From positions 116,779-180,778 of the IMG/VR virus record IMGVR_UViG_3300021255_000109: a DNA stretch of 64,000 nt; one strand, given 5' to 3'. This DNA comes from a virus. Its lineage: Duplodnaviria > Caudoviricetes. Made by a program: the position numbers and the translations under genes. Under the pieces are notes generated by a model. The model was not told the DNA's origin, did no database searches, and saw only the letters and a program-made list of their open reading frames with translations. Shown here in pieces: positions 11,060 through 23,400 of this stretch. How positions within the stretch are numbered: position 1 is the stretch's first letter; each line of letters starts with the position of its first letter.

Positions 11060-12076
11060 ATGAAATTTGGCGTACGCGAAATTTGCGATGTCGTTTTAAA
11101 AGCAAAAGCGGCTCAAAGAGTAGGTAATAAGATTTTTTATAAGAATGAGCCAGTTATCTATTTCGATACTTTAAAGACTTCTAGTTTAGAAGGTGCTGCT
11201 ACTACTGTATATGCACAAGGTGGTCGTGGTAACTCTCGTCTTATTGCATGGGAAGGTGAGCGTACTGTTACATTCACTATGGAAGATGCTTTAATTTCCC
11301 CTGCTGGATTTGCAATTCTTTCTGGCGCAGGCTTAATTGATGCAGATAATATTCATGAGCATCATAAGATTAAGCAGCATCAAACAGAGCAGACTGATGC
11401 AGTTGTTACTGAGTCTACTGGCGTTTATGGTGAGAGCGATTACGTTGTTACCGGTGTTGATATTTATCTTCAAGAGAAGCCATTTAATAAAGCTGGAGAA
11501 GATTATATTTATGTAATGGCACTTAATGATGGTGAAGTTGTTACTGAGCCTTATATTCCTGCAGAGGTTGCAGAAGAGCCAGAAGATGAAGGCGAGTTCG
11601 CTGGAATGTATAAGATCTCTTTAAAGAGTGATGATGATCTTGAGTTCTTCTACAATGGTGCTGTTGTTCTTGTAGACTACTATGTTGAGAGAACCGCAGG
11701 AGCACAACAGATTGAAATTACACCTGATAAGTTTGGTGGAAATTATTATCTTGAGGCTTCTACATTATTCCGTGATACTAACGGTGTTGATTTACCGGCT
11801 GAATTTATCATTCCTAACTGCAAGATTCAGTCTAACTTTACTTTCACAATGGCTCCATCTGGAGATCCATCAAGCTTTACATTCACAATTGACGCATTCC
11901 CTGACTATACAAGATTTGATAAGACTCATAAGGTTCTTGCCGCTCTTCAAATCATTGATGTAAATCGTGAGGAAGCTCTTATTACTAGACGTCATACTCG
12001 TCCAGGTGTGGCTGAAGTTGTAAAGAATGAAGCTGAGCGTGATAGAACTTGGACAGAATATGAGCCAAATAACTGA
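11060..12076 (+). CDS. Major tail (tube) protein
   Basis: AAGGAGG RBS; FGVREI.DV, GGRGN..LI.W, F.FTM...GDPS.F.F..D; no TAG; position before the tape measure gene. Confidence 0.75.
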   Translation: MKFGVREICDVVLKAKAAQRVGNKIFYKNEPVIYFDTLKTSSLEGAATTVYAQGGRGNSRLIAWEGERTVTFTMEDALISPAGFAILSGAGLIDADNIHEHHKIKQHQTEQTDAVVTESTGVYGESDYVVTGVDIYLQEKPFNKAGEDYIYVMALNDGEVVTEPYIPAEVAEEPEDEGEFAGMYKISLKSDDDLEFFYNGAVVLVDYYVERTAGAQQIEITPDKFGGNYYLEASTLFRDTNGVDLPAEFIIPNCKIQSNFTFTMAPSGDPSSFTFTIDAFPDYTRFDKTHKVLAALQIIDVNREEALITRRHTRPGVAEVVKNEAERDRTWTEYEPNN

Positions 12077-12082
12077 TAAAAT

Positions 12083-12448
12083 ATGATTATCCGTACAAGC
12101 ATGGCAGATCGTGCGGCGACTGTTCATACGGTCGCTGCACCTAAGTTATCTACAAGGGAACAAAGGCGTCTTGAACACACAAAACATCCGGAAGGAAGAT
12201 TAAGTCCGATAGTTAAAAAACCTGTAGAAGAATAGCCTATTATAGAAGAAGCTGAAATACGGGTGGATGATATTATAGAAAATAATGAACCTGCTGAACC
12301 AGTGGTTGAAGAACCAGTCATTGAGAACGCAGAACCTGGAACCGCAGTAATCAGATCAAAAGCTTTAGAAGAAATTAATAATTCATTTAAGGCTACTCCT
12401 GATGCAGTTCCTAGAAAGAAATATAAAGTAGTTTCACTTGGTGGGTGA
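12083..12448 (+). CDS. Small, probably disordered protein (~121 aa)
   Basis: ATG 12083 (alternative 12101), one TAG, ends TGA before a terminator; no clear RBS. Confidence 0.55.
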
Positions 12449-12457
12449 ATAATTTAA

Positions 12458-12490
12458 GGGGAGATATGGAAACATATCTCCCCATTTTTT
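12458..12490 (+). terminator. Intrinsic terminator
   Basis: GGGGAGATATG-GAAA-CATATCTCCCC followed by ATTTTTT. Confidence 0.85.
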
Positions 12491-12512
12491 GCGTTAAAGG
12501 AGGGAATCAAAA

Positions 12513-13739
12513 ATGAAAATGCATGACCTATATTCTGGATTAATTCGTAGTGATTTAAGAAAAGGTCAAAATGGTGAAAATTTTTGGGGACGTTATAATG
12601 AATTAGACAATACATTTATTCCTGATTCTTCATTACTTCTTCATGTGCAAGTGAATAATTTAGCGACTTTAGAAACTTATAATGAAAATTATGATATTGC
12701 TAATAAGTTTCTTTTTGAAGCTGAATCATTATTATCTTTAGCAGAAAATAATGAAACTTAGTCATTAAATCAAGTATATAGCAGGATTATAAATTTAATG
12801 AATAGTGGTATAAAAGAATCAAAAATAAATCCATATGAACATAAAAATAAAAAATTAACAAAAGATGAACAAACTAAAAAAATAAAAAGTATTTTAGAGG
12901 AATTAGAAAACTTATTAAAAGCAATTAATACTTCCGAGCCTTTATAGGCATAGATGATTGCTACTTTACAAACTAAATTAGAAAATTATAATATAAAAAA
13001 TAATAATGATAATTATGTTAAAGAAAAAGCAGATGAAATTGAAATGTTAGCTATGGAATAGTTAAATAAAAAAGAAGGTTTTAGATCAATTGTAACTGGA
13101 TCTTGGACAGATTCTTTAGGAGAACAATTAATAGAAGATGCTTTTGTTTTTAATGAAAACGATAATATTCAATTTAAAAATGGTGTATTAAGTTATTATA
13201 TAAAAAAAGGTAATAATTCAAAAAAAGAATTACGTAGAACTAATTCTATAAAAGATTTTTTAACATAGCTAGATGAGTTAAATGGAACAAACGTTTCAGT
13301 TTCTGTTTCTGATGAACTTTATAATGCATTATAGACTGCAGCAGAAGTTGCTGTTTAGGTTAAATCTGGACAAAGACAACCTCTTTTAAATAAAACTGTC
13401 AATAGGAATACTATTTCTTTATCAAAAGTAGATTTTCAGCCAATATTATTATGGGAATTATTTGAAAAAGATATGAAAGATGGAACAAAATATTTTAAAT
13501 CAGAAAATGAATAGAAATCTGAAGATCTTAAAGCTTTAGCAAATTATAGTTTATCTAGAAATATAGCATATACTAATATAATGAAAAATTAGGTGTATTT
13601 TACTGAAGAAGGACTTGTTTCAGCTTCTTAGTGGATGAGAATTAATAAAAAATATTTAGTTTTTAATCCAGATGTTTTAAGTGTTTCTTAGAATTTTCTG
13701 ATTTGTAATAGGCCTTATTCTTTTAAATCGGTTACTTGA
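12513..13739 (+). CDS. Very AT-rich hypothetical protein (408 aa), possibly a degenerate PD-(D/E)xK fold
   Basis: AAAGGAGG RBS; frame checked open to TGA 13737-13739 with TAG=Q; LIEDAFVF ... AV[Q]VKSG. Confidence 0.7.
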
Positions 13740-13764
13740 CAAATTCAAAAATTTTTATTATAAT
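13736..13764 (+). promoter_or_regulatory. Consensus sigma-A/sigma-70 promoter
   Basis: TTGACA (13736-13741), 17 bp spacer, TATAAT (13759-13764), upstream of the RBS and ATG 13806. Confidence 0.85.
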
Positions 13765-13805
13765 ATTTATAAGAAAGATTGAGTTAAATAAAAAGGAGAA
13801 GCAAA

Positions 13806-14330
13806 ATGGCAAAAGTTGGATTATCTAAACTTGGTCTTAAAGTAAATACTAATATTATTCATTTTAAATGGAATGACCAAGATATTGAAATAAAAGCATA
13901 TTTACCTGTTTAGGAGAAATTAGATTTATGTGCGCGCATTATTAATGAAAGCGTTGATGATCAAAATTTTTATAATCCTGGACGTGTTGCAGTTTATCAA
14001 GCGATTGAAATTGTATTAGCATACACAAATATTTCAGTGACAGAAAAGCAGAAAGAAGATCCTTGTAAATTATTTGATTTATTTACTTCAAGTGGCTTAA
14101 TTAGTGAAATATATAATCGTATTAATAGCAATGAGATCGCCGCAATCACCAATATTGTGGAAGGTGCTATTGAAAATATTTATAAGTATAAAAATTCAGC
14201 ACTTGGTATTATGCAATCTATTGCTGATAATTATAGCGATTTAGATTTAGATGCTGCTAAAATTCAAGAAAAATTAGCAGATAATAACAATTTAACCCTA
14301 TTAAAAGAAGTAATGACTAAATTGGGCTAA
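13806..14330 (+). CDS. Hypothetical protein, candidate tail assembly chaperone (174 aa)
   Basis: AAAGGAG RBS; IEIK.YLP..EK motif; one TAG; immediately upstream of the tape measure gene. Confidence 0.6.
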
Positions 14331-14370
14331 TTAAAAACATTTATCTAACTTATTTTTTATATAGGTTAGG
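14324..14370 (+). promoter_or_regulatory. Conserved intergenic motif copy 1 (putative late promoter)
   Basis: GGGCTA at 14324, TTTTA ending at +35, TAG at +43. Confidence 0.6.
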
Positions 14371-14377
14371 AGTAATC

Positions 14378-14418
14378 GGGAGTAGAGATTATCTCTACTC
14401 CCTTTTATTTTTTATTTT
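14378..14418 (+). terminator. Intrinsic terminator / attenuator upstream of the tape measure gene
   Basis: GGGAGTAGAGA-TTA-TCTCTACTCCC followed by a long T tract. Confidence 0.8.
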
Positions 14419-14456
14419 GCAAAATAAAAAATTTTGGAGAGAAAGGAGCAATTATA

Positions 14457-17400
14457 ATGGCAGATAGAAAATTGTCTATTAGTCTTTAGTTTATTTCTGA
14501 TACTCAAAAAGCAAAGGCTGAAATTAAAGATTTACAGAAGTCATTAAATGATCTTTCTTTAGGTAAAAATACAAATAAATCTTTACTTACTTAGGAAATT
14601 AAAAGTGCTACAGAGGCTGCAACTAAGTTGTAGATTGCATTAAACAGTGCTGTTAATGTTAATACTGGTAAATTAGATTTAAGTAAATTTCAAGAATCTC
14701 TTAAAGCAAGTAATATGTCTTTAGCAGATTATTAGAGAGAATTATTAAATTTAGGTCCAGATGGTGAACGAACATTTAGACAGCTGGCTTAGGCCATTAC
14801 TGATGCAGAAGTACCATTAAAAAGAACAAATTCTGTCTTAAAAGAATTTGGAGAGACATTATCTAATACTGTAAAATGGCAAATTTCATCTTCAGCTATT
14901 CATGGTTTTATGGGAGCCATTTAGTCAGCGTATGGATATGCACAAGACTTAAATGAATCTTTAAATAAAATTCAGATTGTTACAGGTCATAATATAGATT
15001 ATATGAGCCGCTTTGCGGACCATGCCAATAAAGCAGCTTAGGCTTTAAGTTCAACTACTTTAGATTATACTGATGCTGCATTGATTTACTATCAATAGGG
15101 TTTATCAGATAAGGAAGTGCAAAAACGTACTGATATTACTTTAAAGATGGCTAATGCCGCAGGCGAAAGTGCGCAAACTATTTCACAACAATTAACGGCG
15201 GTATGGAATAACTTCGCAAAAGGCGGAGAAAATCTTGAGCATTTTGCAGACGTTATGACTAAATTAGGTGCAGAAACTGCATCAAGTACTTCTGAGATTG
15301 CTGATGGTCTTGAAAAGTTTGCTGCTATTGCTGATACTGTTGGTTTATCTTATGAGTATGCGGCTTCTGCTTTAGCTACTGTAACTGCTACAACACGTCA
15401 AAGCGCCGATGTAGTTGGTACAGCTTTTAAAACTTTATTTGCACGTATTCAAGGCTTAAATTTAGGTGAGACTCTTGAAGATGGTGTCGATTTAAATAAA
15501 TATTCACAAGCTCTTGAAAAAGTTGGTGTTGACGTTTTAGATGCTAATGGCAAGTTAATTGCCATGGATGATATTCTTGATAGACTAGGTGAGCGTTGGG
15601 GAGAACTTACTAATGCTTAGCAGGTAGCATTGGCAGAGACTGTTGCTGGTACTCGTCAATATTCTCAAGTAATGGCTTTAATGGGCAATTGGGATTTCTT
15701 TAAAGAAAATTTGAATCGTGCATAGAATTCTGATGGAGCATTACAAGAGCAAGCAGATATTTATGCACAAAGTTGGGAAGCCGCTAAAAAACGTGTATAG
15801 GCAGCAGCAGAAGGAATTTATAAAAGTTTAATTAACGATCAATTCTTTATTGATTTAAATAAAGGATTAGAAAAAGCTTTAAATGGAATTAATTTATTTA
15901 TTCAGGGAATCGGTGGAGCAAAAGGTGCAATAACAGCATTATCTGGTGCTGTATTAACTTTATTTGGTGATAAAATAGCTGCCACTTTATCAAGCACCGC
16001 TTATAATATTAGTATGACATTTAAATCAGCACAAGATAGAATGATACAAGTAAAACAAGAAGTTAATCAATTAGTTGATAGTTATTATAGCGATATTGAT
16101 ACTTCTGAAAATGGTAATTTTAGAATATTTGCAGATGCTATTAAAGCAACTACTGCTGAACAAATGGCATATATTCAAAATGCTGAAAAAATGTCAGAAG
16201 CTGAGCGTCATATTAATGAAAAAATAATTGAACGTCATTAGTTAATGGTATCTAATATTGAATAGTTAACTACAGAATTAGCCGCATTAGAGAAAGCAAG
16301 CAATAATTCTGATTAGAGATTTAATTTTGCAACTCAAAAAGTAACAGATGAAGATATGCTTAATGCTAGTAAGCTTAATGCCAGTGAGCTTAATGAATAT
16401 TTAGGTCTTTTACGTGAAGAATTTAATGAAGTAAATTCGCAAGTTAGTGAATTTGCAACATTATCAGAAGTTGCATCAGCAGGTGCGGATCATTTTAAAG
16501 ATAAAACAGTTGATGGATCTAAAGCTTTAGAATATTTAGATTAGTTATTAAAAGATAACGGCATTGATATTAATAGTATGTCAAATTCAGCTTAGAGTGA
16601 GTTTAGTAAAATTAAAGATATTTTTGAGAAAGTTGCTAATGGTGGAAAATCAGTTGGAGATGCATTTACTGAGTTGACAGCAAAAAGTGTTGAACTTGAT
16701 TCAGAAACTTCAATGTTATCTGAAAGAATGGGAAGACAAATTGCTGATATGGAAAATTCCGTAACAACTACAATGAAAGATGGAGATGCAAAAACAAGAC
16801 TATTAAACGCGATTAAACTATTATCACAAAGTCATCAAGAATATAATGAAAAATTAAGAGAGATAAAATAGGCTTATGCAAATTTAGCGGCTGGTACTGA
16901 AGATCATGCGAAAAAGATGGAAGCAGTATAGAAGTCTTATGTAAAAGGATCTTAGGCTGTAGTGGCTTTTGGGCGTTCTGTGACCACTGGTATGAGTGCG
17001 GTTAATTCTGTTGCATCATTGATTAATACTTGGAAAGATGGACAAAAAGATTTAGGAGAGTAGATTGCTGCTACTACTTCTGCTCTTGGAATGTTATTAC
17101 CAATGGCAGTTACTTTTATTCAAACTTTAAAAACTATGAGTCCAACTTTACGCGTGATTTCTATTGCATTAACGGCAATTTCAGCGATTGGAACAATAGT
17201 TGGTAATATATTTAAAAGTATCAAAGATAATAGCCCAGAATAGCAATTAGAAAATTTAAAATAGGCAAATGATCAATTAAGTGAAAGTATTGCAAATGTT
17301 GATGAAAAGTATAAAAAATTAACTGATCATTTTGATAAATATAAATCAATTACTAAAGCTTTGTCAGAATGTCAAAAAGGTAGTGATGAGTGGTATGAAA

Positions 17401-20400
17401 GTTTAAAAGATGTTAATACAATTACACAAACTTTATTAGATGATTTCCCAGAATTAATGAGATATGGTTTTGAATATAATGAAGAGTTAGGCCGTTATGT
17501 TGTTGCTGAATAGTCAATAGAATCATTACAGTCTTAGTTACAAGCACAAAAAGATTCATTAGAAATGGCTAAATCAATTAATTTAATAACGCAAGGATCG
17601 TTTCAATATGATAAAGACGTATAGACGGCTGAATCAAATTATACAAAGAATTTATTAAGTTAGATTAATGAATTATATGGTACGAATAATTTTGCATTAG
17701 AAAAATTAAATTCATATATGCAAGCGGGATGGATGAATAATGAAGATTTAGTATACCTAATTGATCATTTTAATGAATTAGTGCAGTTAGATAATTATGA
17801 TTTGGCTGATAAATTAACAGATACTTTTGATGGATTAACGTCGGAAACAGCGTCAATACTTGGTGATAGTCTTTTAGAATCTTTTGAAACTAAATTAAAA
17901 TAGTTTGGACAACAACGTATGACTGAAGTCGCCAAGCAAGAATAGGATAATATAGATAATCAATTATCTATTTATGATAAACAAAAAGGCGATTTAGAAG
18001 TATTAATAGCAAGAGAACGAATGGCATTAGGAGAAGAACTTGGCAAATTAGATACTCAAGAAAAATTAGATAATTATGTTAATAATCATTATGCAGATAC
18101 ACAAGCATTGATAAAACAATCTAATGCAGCACAAGTAACTAATGAAGAGGCGGCAAATGCTTAGTCAAAAGCTAAAGTATCTTATAATGATGCAGTAAAA
18201 GCTTATCAAGATGTTGAAGATAAACGCAATCGTGATTTTTATTTATTATATTTACAGCGTGCAGCTGATATGATGGCAGGTATGCTAGCAGATAGAGATA
18301 TTGAAGATAGAAATCAACAATTTAAAAATGATCGTAATCGAGAGTTAAGAGATCAATTGCTTGAAGTTAATGAATTGAGTAATGATGATGCAATAAAAAA
18401 TTTAGGATCTGACGTAGCAGTAGTTGTGTCTTAGATGAAGAATATAGGCGGCGCGTATACTAAATATGTTAATATGTTATCTCCTGAAGCATTAGAGGCA
18501 GATCGTTTTTTAATAGAACAAAACTATGCTGATGAACTACAAAAATTATAGTAGGATGTTGATATTAAAAAAGAAGAAATGGATGCAGCTAATAATGTTG
18601 CAGAAACAGCAAAAAATAATTATGAAGAAGCTACAGCCGATACTATTCAATCAAAAACAGAAAAATTAATTAGTTTAACTGCTCAACTGGGAGAAGTATA
18701 GAATAAAATAGTAGATTTGGAAGAAAAACAAGTAAAATTATATACACCACAATAGGCTAGTGCTAAAGGAGTTACAAGCACATACCAAGATGAATTAGCA
18801 GTAGCTTAGAATAAATAGATTACAACAGGAGCTGCTGCCGTTTCAACAATGGTAAGTATTTTAGACGAAGAACTTGCTACTACTTATGGGAAAAATGAAA
18901 CATTTTGGTCAAATGCATATTTAGCCATTCAAGATGATATTCTAGATCTTACTGATAAGACATTGAATGAAATTACTGAAGGCAATGAAGATTTATAGAA
19001 AAAAATTGCTGAAAGTTATTTATAGACTTTAAATGAAAATTATACTTTTACAGCAGTTAAATCTGATGGTACTATTGCATATAAAGATGAAAAAGGTGAT
19101 AAGAAAGAACTTGAAGTTGGAGATAAAAATTATATAGGATTACAACAATATGCTTTAGCCATGACAAAGTAGTATGATAAAGAAACTGGATTATTTGATG
19201 AAGATAAATTTTTAGATTGGTTAATGCCATCAGCTAAAAAGCAAGCTAATGCTATAGAAACTGCTTTAACAGGACAAATTGAATCAGCTACAAGAGAAAG
19301 TCTTGAATATATAATTCGTTTAAATGAAAGTGGAAATAAATTAACTCAAGCTACTTATAAAGATATTACAGATAGCTATGCGGCGCTTAAAGATTTAAAT
19401 ATTACAGGATTAGAAGAATTAGATTATCAAGAAAAAAATAAGTTACAACATATTCGTGGCGATACTTATAAGATAATACATCAAATAAATGATGATATTG
19501 TTGATATGTTTGGAGAAAATGTATCTGTTGAAGTCTTATCATACTTTTAGGATTTATTTGACTTTACTGATAAGTTACCAGATGATGGTGTACAAAGCGA
19601 GAAATTAAGAACATATTTTAATTCGATTTTAAGCACACTAAACGAAGAAGAGTAGTTAGATTTTCTTAATACTTTTGCAAATATAGATTGGACTAAAGTT
19701 ACTTCAGTAGAATAGATGTAGGAAATGTTATCAGGATTGGGTGTTGATTATGAAAAATTAAATATTGATGTTGCAACTTTTGTAGAAACAATGATGGGAT
19801 TTAATTATTTACCTACTACATATGTTGAATTAAATGATTTATTAACAAACATAGGAAAAACATTAGAAAAAATAGAATAGGGAGATATTATTGATGATGA
19901 TCAATATGCAAAATTAAAAGAATTATTTGGTGATGATGGAGATTTACAAAAATTCTTTTGGAAAACAGCTAATGGTTGGATGCTAACAGGGAATCCTGAA
20001 GAACTTGAAGATATGTATATTACAGAGGGCATAGAAAAATTATAGAAGATGAGAATTGAGCAAGCAGCTAGCGAATAGATTGTTGTAGATGACAAAGGTA
20101 ATATAATAAGCGGTGTAAACTCGGAAGAAGTTAGTAATTATTTACATGATGTATTAGGATGGGATGAAGAAGCTTTAAATAATAGTGAAGCACGAGAAGA
20201 TGCTGCAAAAAAATTAGTTGATGCATCTGAAAATATTAATATTAATATAGAAGACGCAGAACGAGCATTGTTATCTGTTGTTGATTCTTCAGATCGTTTA
20301 ACTGAAGTATTAGAAATTTTTGAACATAATGGATACGAATTAAGTAAAGGTACTGATCCAAAGGCTTTTGAAACATTTTTACGTGCGCGAGAAGCATAGA

Positions 20401-23400
20401 ATAAAGCTGGAGAAGGAGCTGGAGAAGGATTTGCTGGTACTAATAACACAGATGCTTTTTCATTAGAAGGATAGTCTTATGAAGGACAAAAATCAATTAT
20501 TTCTAGTTCATATGCTGGTGCAAAAGATTTACGCACTATTGCTACATTAAATGATATTTTTGCGCAAGAAACATAGTCTAATTTAGAAACTGCACAATCA
20601 AAATTTAATCAATATGATTAGGCTCGTCGTACTGGTGCCCAAATTCCGGCTGAAGAAGCAGAATAGATTTTAGCAGATTATAATAATGCATAGCAATTAG
20701 TATTAGATGCTAAAGCTTTAGCTAAAAAGGCTATGGATGATGCAGTTGAGGCTATAAATAGTACGACTGATTTTGCTTATGCGTTACAACAAGGATTAAT
20801 AACAAGTGATAATTTTACTGTAATTTATGGATAGACAATATCTGAATTGAAAAAATTTGATGAAGTACAAGAGTTAGAAGATATGATTGCAGATGCCGCA
20901 GAAAAAAATCCTGAGATTAAAGCAACTTGGGAATAGACACAGACTAATAGTGTTGCAGCTTATGAAATGATTTTACAAAATACTCAAGACAGTATAAAAA
21001 CGGTTGAAGATGCTGAAGCATTTTATAAATACTTTAAAGATAAGGTTGGTGAAGGTAATGGTCTTTTAAATTCTGCAATGCAAAATATATTAAAAAACAT
21101 TGAAACATCAATCAAAACAGTAGATGATTATGCTACTTTAAGCGAAGAAATGCTTAGTATGCTGTAGAAAAATGGATTACTTACTTAGGTACAATAGAGA
21201 GTAGCAGCAACATTAAAGGATTTACCTTCATTATTTGAATGGGCGAATGAGAATAACATAGGCTCAGAAGGATTAGATTAGCAATTTTTAGCTCTTGCAG
21301 GATCAGCTAAATCTGGTGATGAAGTTAAAGCATTTAACGGAAAAGTAAGTACAGAAGCTTATAATCAGGGTTTATCTGACTTTGGTACAAAACAAATGGA
21401 ATCTGCAAAAACTTGGGACGAAGCATATAAATTAATGAAAGAATATAATGTCGAGTTAAATGAAAAAACTATCCCTGGTTTATTAGAATTAACTACTACT
21501 TTATCTGCTTTTGATACTGCGGCAGAGGTTTTGACAAATGATTTAGGAGAAGATATTACTGCGTCTGAAACTTGGTTTTTAGAATATTCTAATGCATTAA
21601 CAAAAATAGCAGAACAATATACTCATACTTCTTTAGAAACAGAAAATTATAAATAGGCAGTTGACACTTTGGGTGATGCTTAGAAAATATTAGCTGATAA
21701 AAATGCTGAGCTAACAGAACAATATAGTCGACATATACAAATTAATGGTGAATTAGTAGATCTTGATGAACGTGCTATTAAGAATTCACAAGATTTAAAT
21801 TCATATATTGATGAACATACAAAAAAAGAACAAGAGCTAGTAGAAACGTTAAAAGAAAAAATGGAAGTGGCTCAAGCAGAATTACGTGCATCAATTTTAG
21901 CAGGTGAAGGAGCTAAAAAATATGGTTTAACTGCTGAAGATGTTGAAACACAAGCAAAATTATTGGCAGAACAAAGTAAAAATGTCGCGGAAGGCTTTGA
22001 ATTAGATATTGAGTCAGCTACACGTATGGCTGTTGCAAATCAGCGTTTAAATCGTGGTATTAAAACTTTACATGATAATTGGGAAGAATGGTCTGATATT
22101 TTAAATAATACAGATCATGGTATGCAAGATTATGCAGAAACTTTAAATGATGCTCGTGATGCTTTAGCAGACATGGTTGGAGCTATTGATGCTGATGCTA
22201 TTTCATTAGATTTCTTAGATAATACAACTGATTCTGGACGTCATCATTTGGAATTAATGGGCTTAGCCGCACAAGGTAATGTAGATGCAATTAATCAACT
22301 TGGTATTGCTGTTGGTTATGCCGCTATCGAAATGCTTGAATTTAGTGATAATACTACTCAAGTCTTTGATGAAGTGTGGTCAAATTGGTCTATGACTGCT
22401 GAGGAATTTACTGGTTATAAAGATACAGTATTGCAGGGTATTACATAGTTAGAAGAAAGCGTTATTAATGGAACAATGACTGCCGGTATGGCTGTAGATG
22501 CTATGGGGTCAGATTGGGTTGAAGCTTTAAACCAAATGGCTCTTGCTACTGGTATGTCTGTAGAAGAGATGAATGCTTTTTTAAATGAGTTAGGTGTATA
22601 GGCAAAAGTAGAAGTACATGGTGAAAAAACCAAAATGCAAGTACCTACATATGAAGAATATTCTAAATCTGAAATAGTTGAACCAGAAGAATATGGTCGT
22701 CATATTATTGGTCGTAATGACGCTGGTGAACCAGAATGGGCAGATTATTTGAAAAAACCTGCAACCTGGAAAAGAACTACTTGGACAGTGCCTGGACCAC
22801 CAACAGAAGTAGAAGGATATCAAGAAGTTGCTTAGATTTCTACTGTTGATAATCCAAAAACGCCATTAGTTACATATACTGGAACAAGTGGTGGAAATGT
22901 CGCTGCACCATCTCCGAAATCTACTGCTTCTAGTGGAGGAGGCAGATCTTCAACTCCAAAAACACCGAAAGGCTCTTCTCCTAAGTCATCTAAAGGATCA
23001 GGTGATAAAAAGAAAGAATAGAAAGAAAAGAAAGATTTTGAAGATGAGTTAGATCGTTATCATGTAATCCTCGCGCAAATAGATGACCAAAAACGTAAAT
23101 TAGATGAATTAGGAAAGGCAAAAGATAGAGCATATGGTAAACAAAAAGTAGATAATATGAATAAAGAAATCAAAGCGCAAAAAGAATTAAATAATAAAAC
23201 ACAACAATATATTGATGAAATTAAAGATTATTTAAAACTTGATAAAGACGCTATGAGTCCATATGGAGCTATTTTTGATGCTGATGGTAATATAACTAAT
23301 TACGAAGATATTATGAAGCAACAATTAGCTATTTATAATGCTGCTATTGATGCTTATAATGCATCTGCGCAAGAAGAAGCTGATAAAGAACGTCTTGAAG

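Noticed and set aside
12060-12085. Frameshift or read-through extension of the tail tube into the in-frame downstream ORF
   Set aside because: Double stop TGA TAA and no canonical slippery heptamer (G CCA AAT)
13806-14456. Lambda G/GT-type chaperone frameshift before the tape measure gene
   Set aside because: No second overlapping frame; the gap holds a motif and a terminator
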